A stretch of DNA of 63,661 nucleotides, filler included, from Craspedostauros australis (Eukaryota): NCBI GenBank assembly GCA_030167865.1. It is 13 parts of 13 records of this genome, joined end to end, with 100 filler letters (N's around TTAATTAATTAA, not from the genome) between each part and the next. Parts side by side here need not be neighbours in the genome. Positions count along the whole stretch, not along the records: positions 60,832 to 63,661 come from JALAGF010005154.1; 12 more parts are not named here. One strand, 5' to 3'. Both the position numbers and the translations under genes were made by a program. The notes beneath the pieces were generated by a model. The model had not been told where the DNA came from and ran no database searches. It saw only the letters and a list, made by a program, of their open reading frames with translations. Position 1 is the first letter of the stretch. The number at the start of each line of letters is the position of its first letter. Shown piece after piece: positions 61,565-63,661 of this stretch.

Positions 61565-63661
61565 AACAAGGACACCTGGCTCGCCGATAGCGGAGCTTCG
61601 TGTCACATCGTCAACTCGGACGCCGCTCTCTTCAACGTGCGGCATATCAAGTCCTTCGTCCAAATGGGAGACAGCACGAAACTGGACTTTCCCAAGATGG
61701 GATCCATTCGCTTAAAAGTCAAACAGCGAGACAACACTGGCCACGTCATCCGGCTCGATGATGTGAAGTACACACCCAAGATGGCGGTGAACCTTTTCNN
61801 NNNNNNNNNNNNNNNNNNNNNNNNNNNNNNNNNNNNNNNNNNNNNNNNAAGACATCCCTCTGTCCAATCCGACTATCAAGAGAGAAGAAGGTGCGAGTGA
61901 GACTCCACCACGAGAAGAGAAGGAAGCAGCCGTGGCTACTGTCCTATCAGGCGCAGAGGCAAGCGCGATCGACGAGACCGAAGAGGAACGGTCTGCAAGA
62001 CTACATCGTAAGGAAAAGAGGATTCTCGAGGCGATCAAGCAAGAGGAGACTGGTGTGACGAAGAGCATTCGCACAGCCAAACAGGGTGGGAAAAGTGAGA
62101 CACCACCAGGAGGAGAATTTGTGANNNNNNNNNNNNNNNNNNNNNNNNNNNNNNNNNNNNNNNNNNNNNNNNNNNNNNNNNNNNNNNAAATCAAGGGCGC
62201 GAGCGCACCAACGACGAAACAACGAACCAACATGGCGACATCAGCCAACGTGAACAAGCGACGCATCAAGGCACCTATGTTCAGCGGTGAACAGGAAGAC
62301 TACAGCGCATGGGAGTCCCAAGCGAAGGCATACGCTCGTACACAGAAGACGAGAGACGTGATGTTGGGCAAGACCAAGGTGCCAACAATAAGCGAGATCG
62401 CGGCAGCCGCCGATGAAGACAAGGAAGCGATGGAGGAAATCTACGAGCTGGGATGCGACTGCTTCAGTGATCTGATCCTCATGATGGATGCAGAGAAAGG
62501 AAANNNNNNNNNNNNNNNNNNNNNNNNNNNNNNNNNNNNNNNNNNNNNNNNNNNNNNNNNNNNNNNNNNNNNNNNNNNNNNNNNNNNNNNNNNNNNNNNN
62601 NNNNNNNNNNNNNNNNNNNNNNNNNNNNAAACTCAAGCGCCAATTCAACAACGAAAAGATGAAGAGAGACACGGACCCCGACACCTACATCACGCAACTC
62701 GAGAGTCTACGATCGCGTCTCCACGATGTCAAGTATAAGATCTCGGACGAGGAAATGATCATGCAAATCCTCAGCACGGTGAGCAACGAATACAAAACTC
62801 ACATCGTGAACTTCCAACACCNNNNNNNNNNNNNNNNNNNNNNNNNNNNNNNNNNNNNNNNNNNNNNNNNNCAAGCAGGCCATCCAGTACATCAACCAAT
62901 GCATCTCCGACGACTACCCTGAAGGAGACGCACACGGAGCGTGGAACGTTCTCGCAGAGAAGTTCCGACCATCCGATGCGGTGACGAAGATGAAACTCAA
63001 GCGCCAATTCAACAACGAAAAGATGAAGAGAGACACGGACCCNGACANCTACATCACNCAACTCGAGAGTCTACGATCGCGTCTCCACGATGTCAAGTAT
63101 NAGATCTCGGACGAGGAAATGATCATGCAAATCCTCAGCACGGTGAGCAACGAATACAAAACTCACATCGTGAACTTCCAACACCAACTCACGTTCAATC
63201 CAGAGCTGGTTACCATCAACGCAATCAGAGGAGTACTCCGTACTGCATACGCCACGCACAGAGGAGGCAAAGCATACGTCGACGACTTCCAAGACAGCAA
63301 CACGAAGAGCAACGATACCGGCTTCACAAGCACCAGTAACTTCAAGGGTACTTGTCACAACTGTGGCGTGTATGGCCATAGATCCGCCGATTGCCCAGAA
63401 CGCAAGAAATCGAACAACAAGAAAAANNNNNNNNNNNNNNNNNNNNNNNNNNNNNNNNNNNNNNNNNNNNNNNNNNNNNNNNNNTTCAAGGGCAAGTGCA
63501 ACTACTGCGGCATCTTCGGACACCGCGAGGCGGAGTGCCAAAAGAAGAAGTTCAACGAGAAGAAGAAGGCCGACGAGCAAGCCAACGCGGCTACGGAAGG
63601 ACACGACAAGAGCGGACACGAGATGGTACTCTCAGCAAAGGACATGCCGCTCTGCATGTTG
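61565..63661 (+). mobile_element. Copia fragments: protease (61565-61798) and gag with two CCHC knuckles (62232-63661)
   Basis: WLADSGAS; PMFSGEQEDYSAW; CHNCGVYGHRSADC and CNYCGIFGHREAEC. The order suggests different copies or mis-scaffolding. Confidence 0.85.

Overview
This is not a contiguous locus. It is 13 small, gappy scaffolds joined by an artificial N-TTAATTAATTAA-N linker, so neighbourhood across linkers is meaningless. The 5.8S/LSU sequence and the retroelement types point to a eukaryote, most likely a diatom (inference). Most of the window is transposon debris: several Ty1/copia LTR elements (CoDi-like), one Ty3/gypsy, nested and solo LTRs, two RNase H-bearing non-LTR (Ambal-like) families and a Harbinger transposase pseudogene. 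A few host-type genes are present: a RING-H2 protein, a membrane-anchored alpha/beta hydrolase, an MGDG synthase fragment and an intronless P-loop NTPase + PD-(D/E)xK-like protein. The standout is the rDNA scaffold (34598-42421, minus strand: SSU 3' end, ITS1, 5.8S, ITS2, 5' part of LSU). Its LSU gene is split by at least 12 GT-AG spliceosomal-type introns (8 with both ends visible) plus two group I introns (one IE, one IC1), leaving rRNA exons as short as 35 nt. Removing each insertion restores the conserved rRNA sequence exactly at the junction. Coordinates were counted by hand and may be off by a few bases.
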